Shown piece by piece: positions 26,524 through 38,044 of a stretch of 64,000 nucleotides of DNA. The notes below the pieces were generated by a model that did not search any database, was not told the origin of the DNA, and saw only the letters and a list, made by a program, of their open reading frames with translations. The stretch is from Paraspadella gotoi (Eukaryota > Animalia > Chaetognatha), in assembly GCA_051294375.1 (NCBI GenBank), contig CM119270.1, positions 384,713 through 448,712 on the forward strand, in the 5' to 3' direction. The position numbers and the translations under genes are program-made. Within the stretch, counting starts at the first letter, position 1, and every line of letters begins with the position of its first letter.

Positions 26524-29462
26524 CTCTCCTCTCTCTCCCTCTTCTCTCTCTCTTCTCTTCTCCATTTTTCTCTTCTGCGTCTTGCGGTCCTTCACACAAG
26601 AAAGAAGAAAATGGTGGTCTTTTTATGGTGCTTGCCATCATCGTCATCGTCTTCGTTTATCGTCTCGTCGTCCGTCCGAGCGCGCGGTCGTCATCGTCAT
26701 AATTCTGTCGACACGTCATTATCCGTCATAAATCGTCGCCCATCGTCGTCGTTCGTCCGTCGTCGTTTGTCCGTCATAATCTGTCCGTCCCTCGTCCTGT
26801 CATAATTCCGTTCACTCGCATCCGTTTTCGTCCGTCATCGTCGTCGCTCGTCGTCGTCGTCGTCTTCCCTGTCCCTCTTTTCGCGATCATCAAGAAAACT
26901 GATTTCTATTGCTTTCGGTCTCACTCGCGCATTTGCAAATATAACTGCCCACATACGTCTGTCAACGACTCCTTAATTTTGCCCGCATCACAAACCGTAT
27001 CCTCCTGGGATAACATATTTGCGAAGGAAAACAGGCGGTAGTTTGGGGGAGAGCGAGGGGGTGGAGCAGGGGAGAGCAGCCGGCGAGGCGGGAAAAGAGG
27101 CTGGGAGGCAAGGGGAAGGGGGGAGGGACTATGGATAGCGAGGAAAGATGAGTAGCAGGGGGGGCCGGAGGGGGAGGGCAGCAGGAAGTGAAAAGAGGAG
27201 GAGCAGGGGCGAGGGGAGCGGAGGCAAAAGACGGGAGAGAGGGGAGAGGGGAGGAGCGGAAAGAGGGGGAAAGGGACGAGGAGCGGCAGCGAAAAGAGGG
27301 GGGAAAGGGGAGAGGAGGAGGAAAGGGCCAGGGGATGATGAGGAAAGAGAGAGGGCGGACTACAGAGTAAGTAAAATAGAGACGGAGCCGAGAGAGAGAG
27401 CCAAAGTCTCAGAGACGAGAGACAAAGAGAGACGAGCAAATGAGGACAGACGAGAAAGAAAGAAAGAAGAGAGAGAAAGAGAGAGGAGAGAAAGAAGACG
27501 AGACGGAAAGAGAGAGGAAAGAGAGCGAGAGGAAAGAGAGAAAGAGAAAGAGAGTGAGACAAGAGAGACGAGAAAGAAGAGAGAGAAAGAACGACCGGAG
27601 AAAGAGCTTCGAGAGATGAGAAAGAGAGCGAGAGAAACGAGACCGGAGAAGCAAAGAGAGACGAGGCAAAGACCGAGCATGAGAAAAGAGAGAGAGATAA
27701 AGAGCACGAGAAGAAAGAGGAGACGAAAGACGAGTCGAGAGAGACAAGACTGAGAGAGAAAGAGAGAGAGAAAAGAGAGCAGAGAAAGAGAGAGAGATTC
27801 CCCTTTTTCTTATTTTTTTAAATGCTTTTCTCTCAATCCACAGAAAAAAAAAATTCGGTATCTGGTTTTCGTTTTTCGCTTGAATCTTCTTATCCTCGAG
27901 TTTTGCTCATTTAAAAGGAATCTTGCGCCTTGACGCTTTAAGAGTTCTGCTCTGTCGTCCGCTCCGCCCGTCCTGCCCGTCCGTCTCTTCCTTCGCGCGT
28001 TCGCCGGTCCATCCGCTCCGATACGGTTGCATTATTTAACTCTGATTAGTGATCTATTTTTAACATTATTGATTGCTTGATTGATTTGATTGATTCCTGT
28101 ATCGATTAAGAGCATGGATTATGTTTCACTGCTTGAAATAAATTCAATTGAATGAATCAGGGATTCTTAAGATAGCAATAATACATTATATACTGAAAAT
28201 CTTTTTAGGACCGCTTGCATGTCTTATTAAACTGATTCATTTAGGACAGATTGATAGATGATTTATGACTTGAATTAGGAGATTATCGATTGATAGAGAT
28301 TTGATGCATTTGATTGATGATTGAATTCGACAGAGCTTATTATTTATATATAATTTGATTCGATCTGATATATCTTGATTTGAATTTATTGTATGGCAGA
28401 GATTACTTGACTTGATCATTGATTTAATGACAGATCATTAATTCCGATTTTGAATATTGATGTGACTGATTGCAAAGATTTGATTGATTGATTGAATTCA
28501 TTCATTCATGTCATTCATTAATTATACCATTATCTTCCTCTTTAAGCATGATTTCCTCAAAGACGGCAATCCGCAAGAAATGTCGAACTTCGCACTGATG
28601 TTCGGCATTCATTGCCAAAATCACTTCTATGACGAGCACAACCGATATGAAGTTGCTGCGGCCATATCTCGATTTGAACGGGTGGGGGGCGTGGCAAATA
28701 ATCAATCTATCAATCATCAATAAATCAATCTATATTAAATCAATATTTGTAAAAATCCAGACTTCCAGAGCTTATTGTAAGCATACTAATTCTTTTTATA
28801 AATCAAATTATCAATATGTTAATTAATAATAATCAATTAAGCCAATCAATCAATTATCAAATAACTATAATAAATAAAAAAGCTCAGTTTCATCAATCTA
28901 ATCAATATCTATCAATCTCCAGGGTCTCTGCAACCGCACTCTGGCATCTCGACCTCTTACCGACGTGGGATTGAAGTGTCTCGGCTTGGGTGTCTTCTTC
29001 TTCATCGTTACTCAACCCTCAAGCAACAACAATTCTTGGATTAATGAATCAACAACTCACAACATTCCTAAACACGGGAAGTCGTGCGAACTCATTTCCT
29101 GCGGGATCCCCCGCTGGAGAAGGAGAACATTTCTTATCGTTCGGGTTTTGACGGGAGGGGGGGCGTGTGAGAGAGGGGGTCTTGAAGGGGGTTTAAGGGT
29201 TTTGAGGGTTAGTGGCCTAATTATGGGGTGTTGGTAGAGGTTGGCTGAGGGTTCGATAGAGAGGTCTTGAGGGTTGAAAGCGTTTTGAGGGAAGTTAGCA
29301 GCGGGCTGGAGGTGTCGGTAGTGAAGGGGTCGGCTCATTTATTGTCTCTTGTTTTTGAGTTTGAAAATTGTTTTAATTTATTTTAATGTGTCTTAAACTT
29401 TCTTCTGTGTGGAAATAATATTAATACTTCTTTTTTTTTCTTTCTTTCTTTCTTCTTTCTTT

Positions 29463-29513
<51 letters not shown>
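26521..29513 (+). repeat. Error-rich inverted duplicate of 29539-36480 lacking the transposon
   Basis: 28923-29140 = rc of 29895-30100; 27790-28030 = rc of 30940-31160; 26860-27045 = rc of 36070-36230. Symmetry centre at the 25-N gap 29514-29538. Exon copies are frameshifted. Confidence 0.9.
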
Positions 29514-29894
29514 NNNNNNNNNNNNNNNNNNNNNNNNNAAGAAAAAAAGAAAGAAAGAAAGAAAGAAAAAAGAAAGAAGTAATTAAATATTTCCACACAG
29601 AAAAAGTTTAAACCAATGTAAAATAAATTAAAACAATATTTCAAACTCAAACCAAGAGACAAATAATGAGCCGACCCCCTCACTACCACCTCCAGACCCC
29701 TCTAACTCCCTCAAAACGCTTCTAACCCCCTCAAGACCTCTCTAACCCCCTCTAGACCCCTCAACCCCCTTAAGACCCCTCTAACCACCTCCAGACCCCA
29801 ATAACCATTTTAGGCCCCACTAACCCCTTCAAGACCCCTCTAACCCCCTCAAGACCCCCCTCCTCAACACCCCCCCTCCCCCTCAAAACCCAAC

Positions 29895-30100
29895 CGATAG
29901 AAATGTTCTCTCTCCAGCGGGGGATTCCCGCAGAGAATGAGTTCCACGACTCCCGTGTTGTGAATGTTGTTGAGTTGATTCCAATCCAGATTGTTGTTGC
30001 TGAGGTTGAGGTAACCGATGAAAGGAAAGACCCCAAGGCCGGAGAGCACTTCCAATCCCACGTCGGAGAGGTCGAGATGCCAGATGCGGTTGCAGAGACC
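29895..30100 (-). CDS. LRR-protein gene, exon B (leucine-rich repeats and start of LRRcap)
   Basis: ccag|GLCNRIWHLDLSDVGLEVLSGLGVFPFIGYLNLSNNNLDWNQLNNIHNTGVVELILCGNPPLEREHFYR|gttggg; LxLSxNxL repeats and the LxGNP..YR cap motif. Confidence 0.9.
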
Positions 30101-30305
30101 CTGGTGGGAGATTGATTAGATTGATTAGATTGATTGAATAACTGACTTTTTTATTTATTATATTATTTGATTAATTGATTGATTGCTTAGATTGATTTAT
30201 TGATTAATTAACATATTGATAGATTTGATTTATAAAAAGAATTAGTATCTTGACACATAGCTGTCTGGAAGTCTGGATTTATTTACAAATATTAATTTAA
30301 TTATA

Positions 30306-30336
<31 letters not shown>

Positions 30337-30349
30337 TTCCACCCCCCAC

Positions 30350-30473
30350 CTTCAAATCGAGAATGGGCAGCAACTTCATCGGTTGTCTCGTCATGAAATG
30401 ATTTTTGCAATGAATCGAACGACAGTCGAAGGTCGACATCTCTTCGCCGATTCCGTCTTTGAGGAAAGTCAGT
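30350..30473 (-). CDS. LRR-protein gene, exon A (most 5' exon identified)
   Basis: ctag|...|gtgggg; LTFLKDGIGEEMSTFDCRSIHCKNHFMTRQPMKLLPILDLK; ends phase 0, matching the next exon; sequence may contain errors. Confidence 0.6.
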
Positions 30474-31155
30474 CTAGAGAGAGAAGAATGAATGTATGAA
30501 TTAATGAATGAATGAATGAATCAATCAATCAATCAATCAATCTTTCAATCAGTCAGTCAATTATTCAAATCAATTAAATGATCTCTCATTAAATCAATGA
30601 ATCAATCAAGTAATCTCTCATACAATAAATCAATCAATATATCAATCAATCAAATTATATAATAATAATCTCGAATTCAATCAATCAATCAATCAATCTA
30701 TCAAATAATCTCTAATTCAATCAATAAATCAATCTATCAATCTGTCTATGAATCATTTAATCGACAATCACGTCTAAAAAGATTTTCAGTATATAAATTA
30801 TTCTATCTAAGAATCCCTGATTCATTCAATTAATTATTCAAGAAGTGAAACAAATCCATCTCTTAATCGATACAGGAATCAATCAATCAATCAAGCAATC
30901 AATAATTTAAAAATAGATCACATAATCAATTAAATAATCAACCGTCGGACGGATGGACCGGCGAACGCGCGAAGGAAGAGACGGACGGGCGGACGGGCGG
31001 ACGGACGGACAGACAGACTATTAAGCGTCAAGCGCAAAATTCTTTTAATGAGCAAAACTCGAGGATAAAGAAATTCAAGCGAAAACGAAAACCAGACGAA
31101 TTTTTTTTTTCTTTGGATGAAAAAACATTTAAAAAAATAAAGAAAAAAAGGGGAA

Positions 31156-31187
<32 letters not shown>

Positions 31188-31746
31188 CCCTCGTCTTCTC
31201 CATCATTCCCATCCCCCGCACTCTTTCTCCCCTCTCTCTCTCTTTCTCTCTTTCGTCTTTATCTCTCTCTTTCTCTCCTCTCTCTTTCTCTCTCTCTTTC
31301 TCTCTCTCTTTCTCTTCTCTCTTTCTCCACACTCTTTCTCTCTCTCTTTTCTCTCTCTCTCTTTCTCTCCCCTCTTGTTCTCTAGTCTCTCTCTTCTCTC
31401 TCTCTCTTTCCTCTCTCCTCTCCTTCCTCTCTTCTCTTTTCCTCTCCTCTCTTTCTCGTGCTCTCTTTGTCTCTGCTCTCTGGAGACTTTTGGCTCTCTC
31501 TCTCCTCCTCTCCCTCTCTATTTTTACTTCTGCTGTATCCCCCTCTCTCTTTCCTCATCAATACCCCCTCTTTTCCTTCCCTCCCCTCTCTACCCTTTCC
31601 CCCCTCTTTTCGCCCTCCTCCCCTCTCCCCCGTTTCCCCGCTCTTTTCCTCCTCCGCCTCTCCCCCTCTCCCCGGCCTCTTGCTCTTTTCCTCTCTTTCG
31701 CCCCTCCCCCTGCTCCCTCTCTTTGCCTTCCTCTCCTCCCCCCTTC

Positions 31747-34134
31747 CACTGTTACCTGATGACGGAAAATATCCCCGGGCCACTTTATCACAGCTACGAT
31801 CTCAATAGATTTTCGTAAAGTTGGTTGAATTTATAAAGTTCCTGAAGCGCGATAGTCTGACCTTTAGAATATTTGGTTTTGGTTTGATCAAGGTTGATTT
31901 TTGTTTATCAAGTTGTCATTTTTGACATAAATGATTTTTTAACTAACTTTTTTTGACATGGCGACTTTAACCGTTAGGTAAAATAGTTTTTTGAATAAAT
32001 ATTTATTCTTTTCTACGATTTATTGGAAGCCTGCTTTTCATAGGATTTCATGCTGACATAGCTTCTTTCAATGATTAAAGTGAACTATAACTGGATACGT
32101 GGCATGCAGATTGACAGCATCATTTTCTCAGTACTTTCTTTTCATTTAAGTTCCGAAATTTTCATCTTTAAGGTCCTGGGGTTAACTAGGGTTAAACGAA
32201 ATTGAACTTGGATGGTATTTATAGTCAGGAGTATTTCCCATTTATTAGCCCCCTGTTGCGGTTTTTTGGCGGTTTTTCCATTTAAGAAAGAAATAGGCCT
32301 CACCCAGTTGACTAGTTCATGCAAATTAAGATAAAGTTAAATTCCATTTTTATTATATTTGACTAAAATAAATACCTAAAGCCTTCAGTGATTTAAATAA
32401 ATATATAAGATTTAAAGATATATTTTTAAGCTTTTCATCATATATTATGTTTTCAAAAAAAATTATTTTCTTCTAATGAGAAACCAAATTATTTATCCGA
32501 GGAGGTCAGATCAAATTAAATTGTTTTGAAAATATCGAATACTGCATTTGAACATCTGCGTTACCGTAGGTTCTAGTATAATGCATTTAAATGTACTTTA
32601 AATAGTCAGTTTTTCATATTTCGTGCTTACTATGTTTAAAGCGGATTCCTTCGGTTTTAAATATCAAAAGAGATATAAGATAAACAAACAGTAATCTTCG
32701 CAATTTTTAATTTTCTATATAAATTTAACTATAAAAAAAGGTTGAAAATCAAAACTTTGCCGGAAAATCAATTAAAATAGTTGTGATCAATTAAAATATC
32801 AGGAATTATGCGGCAAAATGTCCAAAGCAAAACTAATATAGATTAGTCATAGATCATGTTGCTTAAGAACTAACAACGGGAACAAACAGTAAACAACGAC
32901 AAATATGGCAGTGTGAAACGTTCATATTCCATTCCAAAAGAAAAATTTTAAGTGAAATATATTGTTAATATTTATTTAATTTAATTCTTGTTTTTTACTG
33001 ACGACTAAACATGTTTCTCCTGTGCCATCTGTCAAAATGTCTGATAATCTTTTAAAAATTGGATTTTATTGTGAAGTCTCACATTTTTTGTTTTGGTACC
33101 GTTCACGCTGAGGTCGCCTAATGACCTACATACTTATTTTTTGCTTTACTTTTTCAAGTCCAGTATGTACCGTCTCTCTTCTCCTCTCAATCTCTCTCGT
33201 CTATATATATATATACAATTTATCACATATAGAAAGAAAAGAAGGGGAGAAAGAGAGAGAGAAAATGAAGGAAATATATATATACTTCTCTCTCTCTCTT
33301 CTTCTGTCTGTATCTGTCAGTCTCTCTTTCTAAAATCAACATCTTCTTCCCGCTCTTTTGCCTCTCTCTCACACTCTTCTCCTCTCTCTATCTCCTCTTT
33401 CTTATCTGTCTCTCTCCTCTCTCTCTTTGTAGATGGCGCAGGATTCAGTTCACTCCAACGTGAAACGAATGAGAACCGGGAATGAGTTTGGCGGTGATGT
33501 TGGCACCTGCTTAGTTGTGTATTGCTTTATTTAAAAGGCATTACTAAAAGCGCAATTTGTTTGGTTATTAGTTTATTAGTTTATTGTTTATTAGTTTATT
33601 TATCTTTAATCTTTTTCAAATTTCAAGTTTACCTAACTTATCTATCCTTGTTGTACATTAAAAATGTCATGTTTGCTCTCTCTCTCTCTCACTTTGCAAA
33701 ATTGTCAAAAAACAACTTACTTCGCCCTTTTTCCCTGTCCTTATCTTCACCTGTTCGCTTACATCTGACGCACTGTCCCTTTTCTCGGTCAATTCTTTGT
33801 TGGAAATCTCTCTCTCTCTTTCTTCTCTCTATCTCTATGCTCACCCACTTACGTCTATGAAAGTTGTCCCAAAACAAGCCTGAATGAGTGATGAAGACTC
33901 AAAAAATGTAAGAGACGAAACATTTCCGTCACTGAATGTATAAATAAAAATCGTTGTGGATTAAACTTTCTTTCCACTTGTGTTTGAGTTATTTGAATTA
34001 AAGAGCGAATCTTATTACGTCAAACGATTTTATTTTAATTGTACAGACTTTCGGCTTTCCATTCAAAGTTTCATCAGTGCTTTGAGCATTTCACAATTTC
34101 AAATGTAAATCTAAATTGAACCTTTGGAGAGGAG

Positions 34135-34175
<41 letters not shown>

Positions 34176-35968
34176 AAATGGCAATCACAAAAAAGTGAGA
34201 ACAGGACAGTGGGTGAAATGTGAGGAAACAGGTTTAAGTTGAAAAGAGAGAGAGAGAGAGAAGGGAAGCAGAGGTTAACAATTTGGAGTACCATTAAAAT
34301 AAAGTCATTGATGTAATAAGACTTGGTCTTTAATCTAAATAATAAAATCGTTGTCACCATTAAAAACTTTAGTTTTTTCAAACTCCGCTACGTTATATTC
34401 AACTAAAAACGCATGAACGGTTATAATTCTTGCAATTTGCATATTTGTAGTGAAGAGATTTTAAAATAAAAAGGAAGAAAAACAAACAAATAGAAACAAA
34501 TATTTAATAAGAAAAAGTTATACAACTTATATAAATGAAAACTATAATATTATATACAGCATAAATCCCTTTTTTTAATTTTTAAAAAAAATAATTTTAA
34601 TAGATATGAACTTAGATTGAGAGATTAAAGTTCTTAGTCATTATTAAAATGTCAAAAACGGATTTCTAGCGGTGGGTGGGATGTTGGCTCAATTACCCAA
34701 AACTATTAAAAAAAAAAAGGAGTCGTTCTGGCTCGATAGCGAGGCCCTGTGATATTTTCCGTCATCCACCCTACTAAGCTCATATAGTGTAAGTGCGTTC
34801 TGGCTCGATAGCGAGGCCGCTGTGATATTTTCCGTCATCGCCACCCTACTAAGCTCATATAGTGTAGTCGTTTTCTGGGGCTCGATAGCGAGGCCTGTGA
34901 TATTTCCGTCATGCACCCTACTAAGCTCATATAGTGTAGTCGTTCTGGCTCGATAGCGGAGGCCTGTGATATTTTCCGTCGATTCCACCTAACTAAGCTC
35001 AATATAGTGTAGTCGTTCGCTGGGCTGCGTAGCGAGGCGCCTGTGGATATTTGTCCGTCATCCACGCTACTAAGGCTCATATTAGTGTAGTCGTTCTGGC
35101 TCGATAGCGAGGCCGCTGCTGATATTTTCCGTCATGCACACCCTATAAGCTCATAATAGTGTAAGTCGTATCTGGCTCGATAGCGTAGGCCCTGTGATAA
35201 TTTTTCCGTCATCCACCCTATAGGCTCATATAGTGTAGTCGTTCTGCTCGATAGCGAGGCCCTGGCTGTGATATTTCTCCCGTCATCTGCACCCGTACTA
35301 AGCTCATATAGTGTAGTCTGTTCTGGCTCGATTAGCGAGGCCCCGTGATATTTTCCGTCATCCACACTACTAAGCTCATATAGTGTAGTCGTTCTGGGCT
35401 CGATAGCGAGGCCCTGTGAATATTTTCGCGTCTCCACCTAACTAAGCTCAATATAGTGTAGGTCGTTCTGGCTCGATAGCGAGGGCCCTGTGATATTTTC
35501 CGTCATCCACCCTACTAAGCCTCATATAGTGTAGTCGTTCTGGCTGCGATAGCGAGGCCCTGTGATATTTCCGATCATCACCCCTACTAAGCGCTCATTA
35601 GTGTAGCTCGTTCTGGCTCGATAGCGAGGCCCTGTGATATTTTCCGTCATCGCACCCCTACTAAGCTCATAATAGTCGTAGTCGTTCTGGCTTCGATAGC
35701 GAGGCCCTGTGTATTTTCGTCATCCACCCTACTAAGCTCATATAGTGTAAGTCGTTCTGGCTCGATAGCGAGGCCCTGTGAAATTTTCCGTCATCACACG
35801 CCTACTAAGTCATAATAGGTGTAGTCGTTCTGGCTCGATTAGCGAGGCCCTGTGATATTTTCCGTCAATCACCCTAACTAAGCTGCATATAGTGTAGTCG
35901 TTCTGGCTCCGATAGCGAGGCCCTGTTGAATATTTTTCCGTCATCCACCCTACTAAGCTCATATAGTG
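31747..35968. mobile_element. Non-autonomous TIR DNA transposon, copy 2
   Basis: Starts CACTGTTACCTGATGACGGAAAATATCCCCGGGCC and ends ...CTCATATAGTG. Flanks read cccttc|element|cttccc (TSD CTTC, or 5 bp allowing one homopolymer error). The element is absent from the inverted copy of the same locus (~27165). Confidence 0.9.
34721..35968 (+). repeat. Tandem array of ~17 x 70-bp terminal units
   Basis: Same 70-bp consensus as 4171-4835; 17 units counted by their ATAGTG ends; scattered indels typical of noisy long-read sequence. Confidence 0.95.
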
Positions 35969-36454
35969 CTTCCCCGCTCCCTCTCTTTGCCTCGCCTCTC
36001 CCCTCCCCCTCTCCCCTGCCTCCCCCTCTTTTCCCCTCCCCTACTCCTCCCTGTCCCCTCCCTCTCCCCCAAACTACCGCCTGTTTTCTTCCAAAATAAT
36101 GTTATCCCAGGGATTACGGTTGTATGCAAATTAAGTCGTAATGTGGCAGTTTATATGCAAATCGCGTGAGACGAAAGCAATAGAAATCGTTTTCTTGATG
36201 ATGCGAAACAGAGGACAGGGAAGACGACGACGACGACGACGAACGACGATGACGACGAAAACGATGGCGATCGATTATGACGACGACGACGATTATGACG
36301 GACCGAGACGACGACGACGACGATGGCGACGATTATGACGATGACGAACCTCGACGACGGAGGACGATAACGAAGACGATGACGATGATGGCAGCACCAT
36401 AAAAAGACATTTTCCTTCTTTGTGAAGACCAGACGCAGAGAGAGAAAGAGGAGA

Positions 36455-36489
<35 letters not shown>

Positions 36490-36652
36490 GAGAGAGGATT
36501 GAGATGGAGAGAGATGAGAGATAAAGAAAGGATAGAGATAAAGGAAGAAGACTAAGTGTTCTTAAAGAATTATATCAAAAAACGGAGGAAAAGCTAAAAA
36601 CATTTTGTGTTTGAAAAAGTTAAAAGAAGAAAGAGCAAATTGGTTAAAACTG

Positions 36653-36693
<41 letters not shown>

Positions 36694-37477
36694 GTCATCA
36701 CTAAAAAGAGCAAATTGGTTCAATCTGTCATCATCTGTGATATTTAAACTGTCATCTTCTGTGATACTTAAACTTATTAGTTGTTTAAAAGAATGTTTTT
36801 GTAAAGAGTACAAAGATAACTTTTTCACGTTCAAACTATCCTTAATTTCTCTTTATTCAGTCAGAAAAAAAATTCCCTGTGATCTTCTCACATTTTTAAT
36901 TCTAATTCACCCCCACTTTCCTTTCCTCCCCCCACTCTCCCCGTGAATTACAAAAATGTCAATAATATTTTCAGTCTCAAATTCCATTCCCTTTTCACAT
37001 TCCTACTTTCACAACAAAGTAGTTCATTTAAAAGTCATTGTTATTTTATTCCTTCGCGCATTTTCCCCTCGACGTTTCACTGAAATAAAACTCACGTTCA
37101 TTTTACTTTGGTCACAAATTCTTTATCACTAAAAATTCCGTCCTCCACTTCCTCTCTCTTCCTTCCCCTCCCCCTCTTCATCTTCCTCCTTTTCTTCCTC
37201 CCTCCCTCCCATTTCCCCCTCCCTCTTCCGTCTATCTATCTTCTTTCCTCCCTTACTCCCTTCCTCTTCCCTTATCCTTCTCTTCCTGCCCCTTCTCTCT
37301 CTTTCCTCCTTTACACTCTCTTCTTTCTTCCTCTTCCTCCCCCTTCTCTCTCTTTTATCCCTTACTCCCTTTCTTCTCTTCCTTCCTCTCTTCCTCCCTT
37401 CTCTCTCTTTCCTTCCCTTACTCCCTTTCTATTTTTTTCCTCTCTCTCCTCCCCTTCTTCCTCCTCCCTTCCCTTTC

Positions 37478-37708
37478 TCACTTGTATTTCCTCCCGTCCA
37501 TCTCAAAGAATTCCTCTTGCTCTCCCCCTCCTCCTCCTCCTCCTCCTCCTGCCATTTGACCGCATAGACATCTCTCCATCATCGTGAACTCGTCCTCTTC
37601 CTCTTCACTCTGCGCCTTCTTCTTCTCCGTCTTCGACTCCAGCATCGCCCCAGCAGTCATCTGCTCCATCATCATTCGCTCGAGCCAAGTGGGTTCGCGA
37701 CCCCGGCG
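37478..37708 (-). CDS. Gene 2, probable last coding exon
   Basis: acag|RRGREPTWLERMMMEQMTAGAMLESKTEKKKAQSEEEEDEFTMMERCLCGQMAGGGGGGGGGEQEEFFEMDGRKYK*; the stop overlaps a possible gtgag donor. Confidence 0.75.
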   Translation of the reverse strand, partial: RRGREPTWLERMMMEQMTAGAMLESKTEKKKAQSEEEEDEFTMMERCLCGQMAGGGGGGGGGEQEEFFEMDGRKYK

Positions 37709-37948
37709 CTGTTGAAGGAGCGACAGAAAAAGGGGGTTGATAGTTAATAAGTAAGCAATCGACTTATTTATCAATAGTCAATCAATCAATCAAACAAACC
37801 TAAGTCTGTTATTCAGTCAATAAATCAATCAATCAATAAATGAAATCAATCCAATAAAATCAATCCAATCAAATCAATCAATCAATCTAATCCTTCAATC
37901 CAATCAATCCAATCCAATCGATCAATCAAAGGGTATTGTACCTCTTAC

Positions 37949-38044
37949 CCTCATCCACTGTTTCCAGACGACCTCCTCTTCCTCCATCTCCTCCCTGAAT
38001 GCTTCCACAGTCTCTCCGTCTGGCGGATACCAGGGCTTCCTTCC
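37949..38044 (-). CDS. Gene 2, internal exon
   Basis: acag|GRKPWYPPDGETVEAFREEMEEEEVVWKQWMR|gtaaga; phases 0/0. Confidence 0.75.

Noticed and set aside
28540-29140. Plus-strand paralogue of the LRR gene
   Set aside because: Frameshifted mirror of exons A-B inside the noisy inverted duplicate.
34721-35968. CRISPR array
   Set aside because: Units repeat along their entire length with no unique spacers; no cas genes; eukaryotic context.
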